From Nitrospirota bacterium (GTDB lineage Bacteria > Nitrospirota > UBA9217): a DNA stretch of 25,611 bases. The notes below the pieces were generated by a model, which was given only the letters and a program-made list of their open reading frames with translations, ran no database searches and had not been told where the DNA came from. Below are positions 8,655 through 16,861 of the stretch, piece by piece. Each line of letters starts with the position of its first letter. Position 1 is the stretch's first letter. The position numbers were made by a program, and so were the translations under genes. The DNA lies in assembly GCA_963790205.1 (NCBI GenBank), contig CAWBNQ010000004.1, positions 1 through 25,611 on the forward strand. Direction: 5' to 3'.

Positions 8655-11348
8655 ATGATAAAAATATCATCGCCGCAATGGCTTGCAATCGGCTTGGTCC
8701 TCCTCCTGGCGATCATGCTTGTCACGGGCTTGAGCGGATACCGGGCGACAAGGGAATTCACATCGACACTGGAATCGTACAAGCCTTCCTACACGGTCCT
8801 AGAAGCGATCGGTCGAGTCAGGTTTCTCTCCGGGGTCATCGATAATGCAGGTCGCACTGCGGCCGAGAGCAGAGACGCAAACGCGATAAAACAGTACAAG
8901 GCAGCGTCTGAGCAGATTGGGAAAGAGCTTGAAGGCCTGAAAGACCTGACCGCCGAATCTCCGGTGCAGCGGGACCGAGTCACCACGCTCACGGACCTGG
9001 TCAAAGAACATATCGACAGCGTGAACAGCATCATAGAGTCCCCAAAACCCAAAAAACATAAGCAGGTATTGAAACAGCCTTCATCGGCAACTCCCATGGC
9101 GGATCTGACCGTGCCCGGAGAGATAAAGACGGTCCTGGACCGCATGGCGGAGGACGAAAAAGCCGCGCTCAAAGCTCACGGAGATGTCGTGCGCGCGGCT
9201 GCCCGGCGTCCGGTGCGGGCGATGGCTGCGGCCGGAGCTTCAGCGCTTGCCTTATCCGTACTCGCGTACCTGTTCATCTTCGGAGAGTCGGGAAGGCGGC
9301 GGCGGACCGAGCGGCTGCTCCAGGAAAGTGAGAAACGATTCGGCTTGCTTGCCGACGGGGCAAAAGAATACGCTCTTGCCGTGCTCGACGGCACGGGCCG
9401 CGTGACGGCCTGGAACGCGGCTGCCGATCGCATGCTAGGCTACAGCGCCGAGGAGATCAAGGGAAAGTTTTTTTCGCGGTTCTACCCTGAAGACGAGGCA
9501 AAGCGGCAGCAGCCGGGCTGGCGGATCGAGGCTGCGGCGCTCCAAGGCCGGTACGAGGAAGAGGGCATGCGGTTCCGGCGGGACGGGTCCATGTTCCCGG
9601 CCCGGGAAACGATCCAGGCGCTGCAGGACGAAAAAGGGAAGCTGAACGGTTACGCGGTGGTGCTGCAGGACCTGACGGACCAGCAGCGCTCGCAGGAGAC
9701 GATCGCGAAGCTCGGACTGTCCGTGGAGAATGCATCGGACCTTGTGGCGATCACGAGACCGGACGGGACCATCGACTACGTGAACCATGCCGTGGAAGAG
9801 GCGACCGGCTATACCAGAGAGGAGCTTATCGGGAAAACGCTGGATGTCCTCCGGTCCCCGGAGCAAGCCCCCGGAGAAGCTGGCACGCTGTCGGCGGACA
9901 CAGGGAATGGTTCGGATCCCGGGGTGACGATCAACCGCAAAAAGGACGGCGAGCTGTTCTACCTGTCGGAAACGCTCACACCGCTCACGGACAAGGACGG
10001 CAAGCCGACCCACCTCATCGTGACGGCCCGTGACGTGACGCACCAACGGAGCCTGGAGAACCGGCTTAGTTATCTCTCTCACTATGATCCCCTGACCGGG
10101 GCCTCCAATCGGGACGATTTTATGGAACGGCTGCGTGCGGCAATCGGGAGGTCGAAAGAAAGCGGGAAAAAGCTCGCTGTCCTCATCGTCGTGATCGATC
10201 GGTTCAAGTTCATCAACGATGTGTTCGGGAGCGACGCGGGGAACAGGGTGCTGAAGCTGGTTGCGGGACGGCTCAAGGAGATCGTCGGCGACGGAGGCGC
10301 GACAGCGCGTTTCGGGAGCGATGAATTCGGCGTCCTGCTCGAAGGTGTTGAAAAGATCGGGGACGTCGTGTCCACCGTGGGGTCGATCATCGAGAACGTT
10401 TCGCGGGGGATCTCCGTGGATGGGCGTGACGTGTTCGTGACGTTGTCCGTGGGTGCGGCGCTCTGTCCCGCGGACGGGGAGGAAGCCGGAACGCTCGCAA
10501 AGAACGCCGACATCGCACTGGCGCAGGCAAAGGCCCAGGGCATCAACAGCTTCCGCTTCTATTCGGCGGAAGTCAATGCCAGGATGTCCGAACTCGTCGA
10601 GATGGAGCAGAGGCTCTTCGGCGCCCTCCAGAACAATGAATACCAGGTCAACTATATGCCGTACTGCGACATGGAAGGGAAAAAGATGATGGGCGCCGAG
10701 GCGCTCATCCGGTGGGTCAACCGGGACCTTGGCATCGTTTCTCCCGCCAAGTTCATCCACACCCTTGAGTCAACGGGCATGATCATCGACGTGGGCGCAT
10801 GGGTGTTCAAGACGGTTTGCAACCAGATGCAAACAATGGGCAACGGCAAGCACGAGTTCCCGGTGTCCGTCAATCTCTCGGCGGCCCAGTTCCGGCATGA
10901 TCGCCTGATCGAGATGGTTCGGGACACGATCAAGGCCATTGCGATCCACCCCAAGCGGATCGTTCTGGAAGTGACGGAAAGCGTGTTCATGGAAGACATC
11001 CTTTTCGCCCAGTCTGTGCTGAAGGAGCTGAAGAACATCGGCGTCGCCATATCGATAGACGATTTCGGAACAGGCTACTCCTCGCTGACCTATCTCAAAA
11101 AACTGCCGGTCGACGTGCTCAAGATCGACCAGTCCTTTGTCAAGGACGTAACGCACGATCCCGACACTGCATCGATCATCACCTCGATCACCTCGATGGC
11201 GCGGAACCTCGGCATCAAGACGATCGCCGAGGGGGTGGAGACGGAAGAGCAGTGGAAGGTGTTGCGGCTCCTGCGTTGTGACATGGGCCAGGGCTACTAC
11301 TTCAGCCGGCCCCTGAATATCGAAGATTTCAAACGGTATACGACCTAA
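8655..11348 (+). CDS. Membrane-anchored CHASE3-like/PAS/PAS/GGDEF/EAL c-di-GMP enzyme, probably a phosphodiesterase
   Basis: Two TMs flank a helical periplasmic domain. Two PAS domains, YDPLTG..GSDEF, AEALIRW, LEVTES, IDDFGTGYSSL, LKIDQSF, IAEGVET and QGYYFSRP. Confidence 0.93.
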   Translation: MIKISSPQWLAIGLVLLLAIMLVTGLSGYRATREFTSTLESYKPSYTVLEAIGRVRFLSGVIDNAGRTAAESRDANAIKQYKAASEQIGKELEGLKDLTAESPVQRDRVTTLTDLVKEHIDSVNSIIESPKPKKHKQVLKQPSSATPMADLTVPGEIKTVLDRMAEDEKAALKAHGDVVRAAARRPVRAMAAAGASALALSVLAYLFIFGESGRRRRTERLLQESEKRFGLLADGAKEYALAVLDGTGRVTAWNAAADRMLGYSAEEIKGKFFSRFYPEDEAKRQQPGWRIEAAALQGRYEEEGMRFRRDGSMFPARETIQALQDEKGKLNGYAVVLQDLTDQQRSQETIAKLGLSVENASDLVAITRPDGTIDYVNHAVEEATGYTREELIGKTLDVLRSPEQAPGEAGTLSADTGNGSDPGVTINRKKDGELFYLSETLTPLTDKDGKPTHLIVTARDVTHQRSLENRLSYLSHYDPLTGASNRDDFMERLRAAIGRSKESGKKLAVLIVVIDRFKFINDVFGSDAGNRVLKLVAGRLKEIVGDGGATARFGSDEFGVLLEGVEKIGDVVSTVGSIIENVSRGISVDGRDVFVTLSVGAALCPADGEEAGTLAKNADIALAQAKAQGINSFRFYSAEVNARMSELVEMEQRLFGALQNNEYQVNYMPYCDMEGKKMMGAEALIRWVNRDLGIVSPAKFIHTLESTGMIIDVGAWVFKTVCNQMQTMGNGKHEFPVSVNLSAAQFRHDRLIEMVRDTIKAIAIHPKRIVLEVTESVFMEDILFAQSVLKELKNIGVAISIDDFGTGYSSLTYLKKLPVDVLKIDQSFVKDVTHDPDTASIITSITSMARNLGIKTIAEGVETEEQWKVLRLLRCDMGQGYYFSRPLNIEDFKRYTT

Positions 11349-11518
11349 GCTCCTGAATATAGGGACGCCGAGCAAGATTATTTATGATGGATGTGCGAAA
11401 AAGGGATTTGCGGCAGAGCACACAAAGAGCAGATTCCCGCGGCCAACGCGGTTGAAGAGATTTAATGAAGTTGTACTAAAATCTTCTTTCCCTCAAAAAA
11501 ATCAGCCTTGCCTATCAT

Positions 11519-13444
11519 CTACCCGGTCTTCTTCCGCTCCTCCAGCTCCCTCTTCACCGTCGGAAACGCGTTCAGGTCTGTGTGCGGCAGAAAAAGTGCG
11601 GAAAGGTATTCGTCCATGAAACTGCGCGACACGGACAGCTCTATGTAGGTCATCCGGTGTGCGATCTCCTCGGCCTCGTGACGGAGACGGTCGCACAGGA
11701 GTGCATAGTAGGCGCCGATGATGGAGGTATTGCCGAGGAACTGGAACTTGCCTACCGGCAGGTCGGGCAGCATGCCGATGGTGACAGCGCGCTCGATATC
11801 GATATATCGTCCGAACCCGCCCGCGATGTAGAATTTCTCGATGCTGCTGAAGGGAATCCCCATCTGCGCAAGCAGTGTTGCAAAGCCCGCGTAGATCGCG
11901 GCCTTGGCGCGGATCAGGTTGTCCAGATCCACTTCGGTGAGAACGATCTCCTTGTTGATCGCGCTCTCCACTCTCCATGCGAGCACGAACTCCAAGCCGC
12001 TCTCACCCTTGCGGATGCGCTTGGAGCCGAGTTCTTCTCGTATTTTCCCTTTCTGGTCGATGACGCCGTTCAAGTACATCTCGGCCAGGGCGTCGATCAT
12101 GCCCGAGCCGCAGATGCCGATCGGTTTCACGTCGCCGATGACCCGGAAGTTTACCTCATGCGTTACGGGGTCGATCTCCACTTCTTCGATGGCCCCCTCC
12201 ATGGCGCGCATGCCGAACTTGATGCCGCTTCCTTCAAAAGCGGGGCCGGCGGAGCAGGCCGCGGTCACCAGCCAGTCCTTGTTTCCGAGCACGATCTCTC
12301 CGTTGGTGCCGATGTCGATGAAGAGCGAAACCTGCTCCTGTTTGTGGATCTGGGACACGAGCACGCCTGCAGTGATGTCGCCCCCCACGTAGCTTGCCAC
12401 GTTCGGCATGGAGTAGACCATGGCCTGCGGATCGATCTGGAAACCGACGCTCTTGCCGCGGATCAGCGGGAAGAAGGTTGCTACCGGGATGTACGGCTCC
12501 TCCCTGATGAACTGGGGATTGATGCCGTAGAACAGGTGCTCCATGGTGGTGTTGCCGGCTACTACGATGTAATCGATCATGCCCGGTGGCACGTTGTTCT
12601 TCTCGGCCAGTTCCGCGAGCATCGTGTTGATGTTCCCCACGGCGAGTTCCTGCAGTTCCTTGAGCCCGTTCCGCTCGGTGGCGTAGACGATCCGAGTGAT
12701 CACGTCGTCCCCGCATTTCACTTGACTGTTATATGTCGAGGCCTGGCCCAGAACGTTCCCGTTCGCCATGTCCACGAGATAGACGACGACGGTCGTGGTA
12801 CCGATGTCTACCGCCGCTCCGTAGCGCGTGTGCGAGGCGTCGCCCGGGAAGATGTCCAGCACCTCCAAGACCGCGCCGACGTTGAATACCGAGACGGTAA
12901 CGTTCCAGTCCCCCTCGCGCACTATGTGCGGCAGCTTCTTCAGCACGAGATAGTTCATGTGGAGGTCGGAGGCATCGAACCCCTTTTGATCCAGGGCCCT
13001 GCGCACCCGCTCGAAATCAGGGATGTTGTCGTCGAGGGTCGGTGGGGAAAGTTCAAGATACACGCGGGTGATCCGCGATTCGAGACAACCGCCGGCCGCA
13101 GCCATGAGCCGAAGGAGCTCTTCCGTCTTAGCGCCCGTCGCGATCTTGTGCTTCGCCTGCATGCGCGATTCGGGAGGGATCTCGATCACGAGGTCGCTGG
13201 TGACCCGGGAAAGACAGGCAAGCGTATAGCCACGCTCCCTCTCCTCGGAGCTCAAGTAGGAACGGGACTTGCCGCTCTCGACCGTTCCTTCCTTGATCAC
13301 GACCTTGCACTTGCCGCAGTTCCCTTTTCCGCCGCAGGAAGAGAGCACATACAGGCCCGCGGCCTTCACTGCCCTGAAAAGATTGGTGTTGTCGTCTACC
13401 GAAACCGTGATGTTGTCCGGCAGGAAGGTGATCTTGTGTTTCAT
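11519..13444 (-). CDS. ASKHA-domain ATPase with N-terminal [2Fe-2S] ferredoxin (RACo/AcsV/DUF4445-type reductive activator of corrinoid proteins)
   Basis: CGGKGNCGKC...LAC ferredoxin, DIGTT, DIGTNGEIVLG, ACSAGPAFEG, GICGSG, AGGFG and C-terminal LFLPHTD. Start ATG at 13444 (MKHKITFLP). Confidence 0.92.
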   Translation of the reverse strand: MKHKITFLPDNITVSVDDNTNLFRAVKAAGLYVLSSCGGKGNCGKCKVVIKEGTVESGKSRSYLSSEERERGYTLACLSRVTSDLVIEIPPESRMQAKHKIATGAKTEELLRLMAAAGGCLESRITRVYLELSPPTLDDNIPDFERVRRALDQKGFDASDLHMNYLVLKKLPHIVREGDWNVTVSVFNVGAVLEVLDIFPGDASHTRYGAAVDIGTTTVVVYLVDMANGNVLGQASTYNSQVKCGDDVITRIVYATERNGLKELQELAVGNINTMLAELAEKNNVPPGMIDYIVVAGNTTMEHLFYGINPQFIREEPYIPVATFFPLIRGKSVGFQIDPQAMVYSMPNVASYVGGDITAGVLVSQIHKQEQVSLFIDIGTNGEIVLGNKDWLVTAACSAGPAFEGSGIKFGMRAMEGAIEEVEIDPVTHEVNFRVIGDVKPIGICGSGMIDALAEMYLNGVIDQKGKIREELGSKRIRKGESGLEFVLAWRVESAINKEIVLTEVDLDNLIRAKAAIYAGFATLLAQMGIPFSSIEKFYIAGGFGRYIDIERAVTIGMLPDLPVGKFQFLGNTSIIGAYYALLCDRLRHEAEEIAHRMTYIELSVSRSFMDEYLSALFLPHTDLNAFPTVKRELEERKKTG

Positions 13445-13450
13445 GCGCCG

Positions 13451-13479
13451 ACTATAGCAGGGTGAAGAAGAAGGGTCAA
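13451..13479 (-). promoter_or_regulatory. Sigma70-type promoter of the RACo-like gene, leaderless geometry
   Basis: TTGACC-17bp-(TGc)TATAGT, 6 nt before the ATG. Confidence 0.7.
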
Positions 13480-13555
13480 GGGGATTTTCGATCCGCGTAC
13501 GTCGCGAAGAAGAGGCGTGCCGCTTGTTCAACGAATTGTTATTTTAGGGATTCCA

Positions 13556-13585
13556 TTGACTTCAGGGAGGCGATTCGTTTAATAT
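13556..13585 (+). promoter_or_regulatory. Sigma70-type promoter of the NlpC/P60 gene
   Basis: TTGACT followed by TTTAAT (16-bp spacer) or TAATAT (18-bp spacer), 6-8 nt before ATG 13592. Confidence 0.5.
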
Positions 13586-13591
13586 ACCGGC

Positions 13592-14080
13592 ATGCATTAT
13601 CAGCGGCGCACAGGAAGTGGCGCGTGGCGTTTTCGTGTTCTAGCGGGGGCCCTCGCATTTCTGATCACCGGCTGCGCTTCCACGCAACCGGCAACGAGGC
13701 GCGTCGAAGGATACACATTTGCAGTCGGCGACAAGGCGGCGAAGACGGCGTTGACCATGATCGGAAGGCCTTACAAGTTCAAAGGCGACAGCCCTTCCGG
13801 ATTCGACTGCAGCGGCCTGGTCCGTTACAGCTATCTCGCTGCCGGCATTGACGTAGCGCACAGCACCAGCGTGCTGAGACGGCAAACGCACCCGGTCCAA
13901 ACGATGCACAAGGGGGATCTGCTGTTCTTTAACGAGAGCGGCGTAAAATATTCCCACGTGGGCATCTATCTCGGTAACAACCTCTTTGTTCACGCCCCCA
14001 GCACCGGCAAGACGGTCCGGAAGGACAGCCTCCTCGATGCGTATTGGAAAAAGCACTTTCTTGGCGCTCGACGATTTTAG
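13592..14080 (+). CDS. NlpC/P60 (C40) peptidoglycan endopeptidase lipoprotein
   Basis: Lipobox ITGC, PYKFKG..GFDCSGLV (catalytic Cys) and SHVGIYLGNNLFVHA. Confidence 0.93.
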   Translation: MHYQRRTGSGAWRFRVLAGALAFLITGCASTQPATRRVEGYTFAVGDKAAKTALTMIGRPYKFKGDSPSGFDCSGLVRYSYLAAGIDVAHSTSVLRRQTHPVQTMHKGDLLFFNESGVKYSHVGIYLGNNLFVHAPSTGKTVRKDSLLDAYWKKHFLGARRF

Positions 14081-14259
14081 GAATGCCCTCCGGACGCGCC
14101 TCGCTCGATATCCCTGAACGAATCACATCAACATGGCAGGATCTTCTTGGCGCACGTGCCGCCCTGCGAGCGGTCATGCCAAACGATACATCTCCACGGT
14201 GGGTGGGATCTTGTGGGAATGGGTTCTTTCAGATGTGCGTCTGGAGGGAGAAGGGGAAC

Positions 14260-15018
14260 TTACCTCTTCGATCTTTTCGCCTGTTTCTTGAGTGCCGCGC
14301 GAAGCTCTCGCTTACCTTCCGCTTTTTGCGCCAGGCCGCTCCAGAGGCCGTACAGCAGCACCTGCAGGGCAAGCACGACCAGGAAGCCCGCGCGCAGGAT
14401 GTAGCCCATGGATTCCGCCAGGCGTACCGCCATCTCCTCGATCGTCCGGTACAGGACGAGCATGCTGGTCATCGAATTGATCAGCGTGACCGCAGCGCCG
14501 GCGAGAACACCCTCGAGGGTGGCATTGCCCTTCGCGGTGTTGCCGATCCAGAGGCCGGTCATATAGCTCGTGCTGAGCGCAACTAAGGCGAGAAGGTAGA
14601 GGCCGTCCTTGCCCGCGAGCCAGGGATGCTCTCCCCGCAGGAACCTGCCCACGGTCTCGATGCCGAACGGGCCGTAGATGTCGCTGAAGGACTGGCCGCC
14701 GAACCGCAAGTAGAGCGCAACGAGAAAGAGTTCGAGTAAAAACTTGATGACGAAGCTTATTGCAACGTCAATGACGATCTTTCCTGCCGTGATCGCCGAC
14801 GCTGCGGGGGGGTGCGAGACCTGCGTGCCCTCTTGCCCGGGTAAGGTTTCCGCGCCCTCCTTGCGGTGTTCGAGGACCTCATAGACGATCGCATAGAGAA
14901 TGGGGACGAGGGGCAGTATCCGGCTGGTGTAGAATTCAACGTCGAAGGCGCGGCTCAGGCCGACGAGACCGACCGCGGCTCCGACCGCAATGCTAAAGCT
15001 GAGGAAAAGGTTTCCCAT
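14260..15018 (-). CDS. Hypothetical integral membrane protein (~6 TM, basic C-terminal tail)
   Basis: Long ORF with genome-like codon usage and multiple hydrophobic helices. Likely start MGNLFLSF at 15018. Confidence 0.75.
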   Translation of the reverse strand: MGNLFLSFSIAVGAAVGLVGLSRAFDVEFYTSRILPLVPILYAIVYEVLEHRKEGAETLPGQEGTQVSHPPAASAITAGKIVIDVAISFVIKFLLELFLVALYLRFGGQSFSDIYGPFGIETVGRFLRGEHPWLAGKDGLYLLALVALSTSYMTGLWIGNTAKGNATLEGVLAGAAVTLINSMTSMLVLYRTIEEMAVRLAESMGYILRAGFLVVLALQVLLYGLWSGLAQKAEGKRELRAALKKQAKRSKR

Positions 15019-15102
15019 GGTTCGATAGTATGGCTTTTCACCGTTGATGCGGCGCATCCACCGGAATCCGGGACCGGGAGGAGACACCGTGATCTTAGCA
15101 AG

Positions 15103-15768
15103 TTATGGATTCGCCCTTTTTGTGGCGTGTGCCGCGAGCTTTTTATAAAAATCCTTCCCCATGTACGTCTCGATGGTCTTCTTGAGGCTTTTGTACATGG
15201 GCTCTCCCGACGGCTTCTTCATGCACGAGATGTGGTTTAAATACGGCGTGTCCTGGATGGAAAGCACCTTCCTGCCGTCCTCCGTCGAGTAGAAGGCGAG
15301 CGGATACTGGACGCAGTCCGCAAACTTGAACTCTTCCCAGACCATTCCCTTGTCCATGGCGAACGTGTGCACGGCGCAGTACCGGAGGCCCTCCTTGTTC
15401 GTGTACAGAAGGGAGCAGGTGTCTTTGAAGATCAATACGCAGCGGAAATCCTTGCCCCCGAAGTTCCGCCGGATGGCCCGTGCCTCGTCCTCATGGATCT
15501 CGCAGCCCTTGGGGCACTGTTTCTTGCAATCGGCGAGTATCGTACCGTTCTTTTTGAGCGCTTCCCGGTTCTCCGGGGAAAGGTAAGCGAGGATGTCGTC
15601 GAAGTGCGCTTCGATCTTCTTTGCTTCGTGCTCCGGCACGATGCAGGCGCGGTAGCAGCACTGGGACTTGCAGTCGTATTTCACGACGTCACACCCGTAG
15701 GGACGGGTGAAGATCTCAGGATTGACGAGCACCGAGTCGATCTCAACGAAGCTTTTCTCTACAGACAT
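15103..15768 (-). CDS. Cys-rich DUF3109-like protein, putative Zn/Fe-S binding
   Basis: GGAGG SD and ATG at 15768. C..DCKSQCCYRAC, CKKQCPKGC, CVLIFKDTC, YCAVHTFA, KFADCVQYPL, and a C-terminal PMYKSLKKTIETYMGKDFYKKL. Confidence 0.75.
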   Translation of the reverse strand: MSVEKSFVEIDSVLVNPEIFTRPYGCDVVKYDCKSQCCYRACIVPEHEAKKIEAHFDDILAYLSPENREALKKNGTILADCKKQCPKGCEIHEDEARAIRRNFGGKDFRCVLIFKDTCSLLYTNKEGLRYCAVHTFAMDKGMVWEEFKFADCVQYPLAFYSTEDGRKVLSIQDTPYLNHISCMKKPSGEPMYKSLKKTIETYMGKDFYKKLAAHATKRANP

Positions 15769-15865
15769 GGTGAAACCTCCAGACGAGCGGAAATTATGAA
15801 GCCGGAAGCCTGCCTCGCGAGTGATCCCGTTTTCCGGCGACCTCCTCACGGGAGTACAGAGCCCA

Positions 15866-15894
15866 ATATTAAAACTATCGGTCCGCGATGTAAA
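15866..15894 (-). promoter_or_regulatory. Sigma70-type promoter for the DUF3109-like gene
   Basis: TTTACA-17bp-TAATAT. Confidence 0.5.
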
Positions 15895-16245
15895 GACTTT
15901 TTTGACGATGGCGCCGACATCCCGGCCTTTCCTTCCGGGAAACGGATCGAGGCGTATTTCGCAGGGGCTTTGGCGGCTCCCGGCAGCTTGCGAAGGGGTT
16001 CTCCGCTCTGCTTGACCCTCTACGACCGTCACCGGATGCCGGCTGAACGTCTCTCCGGCCGCATTTTTTTGATCAACGGACCCGTGACAGGTAAAATCAT
16101 ATAAAAATGCGCCGATCCTGACCGTCTGCCGGAGAAAATCCGGTGTGCTTCGCCTCGAAGTCGGGCTGAAGAAGGTCGCGAAAAGTGTCGCGAAGCCGGC
16201 GAAAAAGAGTAGCGAGAAAAAAATGAAGCGCTGTCCATTTTATTC

Positions 16246-16296
16246 TTGACAAAGAGCGCTAATTTTGATAAATCACACTTAACTTTAATGTGTGAT
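16246..16296 (+). promoter_or_regulatory. Probable speD promoter with an overlapping palindrome
   Basis: Perfect TTGACA at 16246-16251, 17-bp spacer, weak (TGa)TAAATC. ATCACAC-N11-GTGTGAT at 16272-16296. Confidence 0.45.
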
Positions 16297-16299
16297 GGT

Positions 16300-16426
16300 T
16301 GCCGTCGGAAGCACGAGACGGATTGGATTCGGACCTTGGCCCTTCCGTGGGAACGGAAGGCGGTGCTCGCGGAGACCGGGAGGTATCCCGGAGCTTGTGA
16401 AGCGGGCGGAGAAGGAGGTAAACAGG
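16300..16426 (+). ncRNA. Candidate structured cis-regulatory leader of speD (unassigned)
   Basis: Hairpins 16302-16321, 16341-16360 (GGGA tetraloop) and 16376-16391, with a possible AGCAC/GUGCU pseudoknot. Confidence 0.4.
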
Positions 16427-16861
16427 TTGCACGCATTGGGGAAACACCTGTTGTTAGAGTTAAAGGATTGCAACCCTAAGACCCTGACCAATCTAGAGTT
16501 TGTACAGGAAACACTAAAAAATGCAGCACTTGAGGCAAAGGCGACCATTGTTGAAGTCGCTTTCCACGAGTTCAGCCCCTTTGGCATCAGCGGGATGGTG
16601 ATCATCGCCGAATCCCACCTTGCCATCCACACCTGGCCGGAATACGGCTACGCCGCAGTAGATGTCTTCACCTGCGGGGACCTGATCGATCCCAGGGTCG
16701 CCGCACAATTCCTCATTGAAAAATTTGAATCCAAGAACCCCTCCATCATCGAGATGAAGCGGGGAGTCCTCGGCCACGGCAATCTGCCTCACAAGCCGGC
16801 CGCGCAGGGAGAAGCTTGTTTACAGCATGATAGAGCCCAAGAGCTACAAGTGGTTCATTGA
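16427..16861 (+). CDS. speD: S-adenosylmethionine decarboxylase proenzyme (short SpeD/SpeH type)
   Basis: SD AAGGAGGT 7 nt before TTG. HALGKHLLLEL, HEFSPFGISG, IAESHLAIHTWPEYGYAAVDVFTCG (E-S autocleavage site). Confidence 0.93.
   Translation: MHALGKHLLLELKDCNPKTLTNLEFVQETLKNAALEAKATIVEVAFHEFSPFGISGMVIIAESHLAIHTWPEYGYAAVDVFTCGDLIDPRVAAQFLIEKFESKNPSIIEMKRGVLGHGNLPHKPAAQGEACLQHDRAQELQVVH

Noticed and set aside
9435..10760. 441-aa minus-strand ORF
   Set aside because: Antisense shadow of the GGDEF-EAL gene.
11349..11518. Small ORF or ncRNA between the convergent EAL and RACo-like genes
   Set aside because: No SD-led ORF, strong hairpin or recognisable motif.
11582..13465. 627-aa plus-strand ORF
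   Set aside because: Antisense shadow of the RACo-like gene, expected from GC-rich codon bias; no recognisable motifs.
13445..16032. Upstream extensions of the RACo-like (13531), membrane (15087) and DUF3109-like (16032) ORFs
   Set aside because: The extensions run through promoter or leader sequence; promoter/SD geometry supports starts at 13444, 15018 and 15768.
16300..16426. Canonical SAM-I riboswitch
   Set aside because: The conserved AUC-AAGAG start, GCAACC and closing GAU are not identifiable; kept only as an unassigned candidate RNA.
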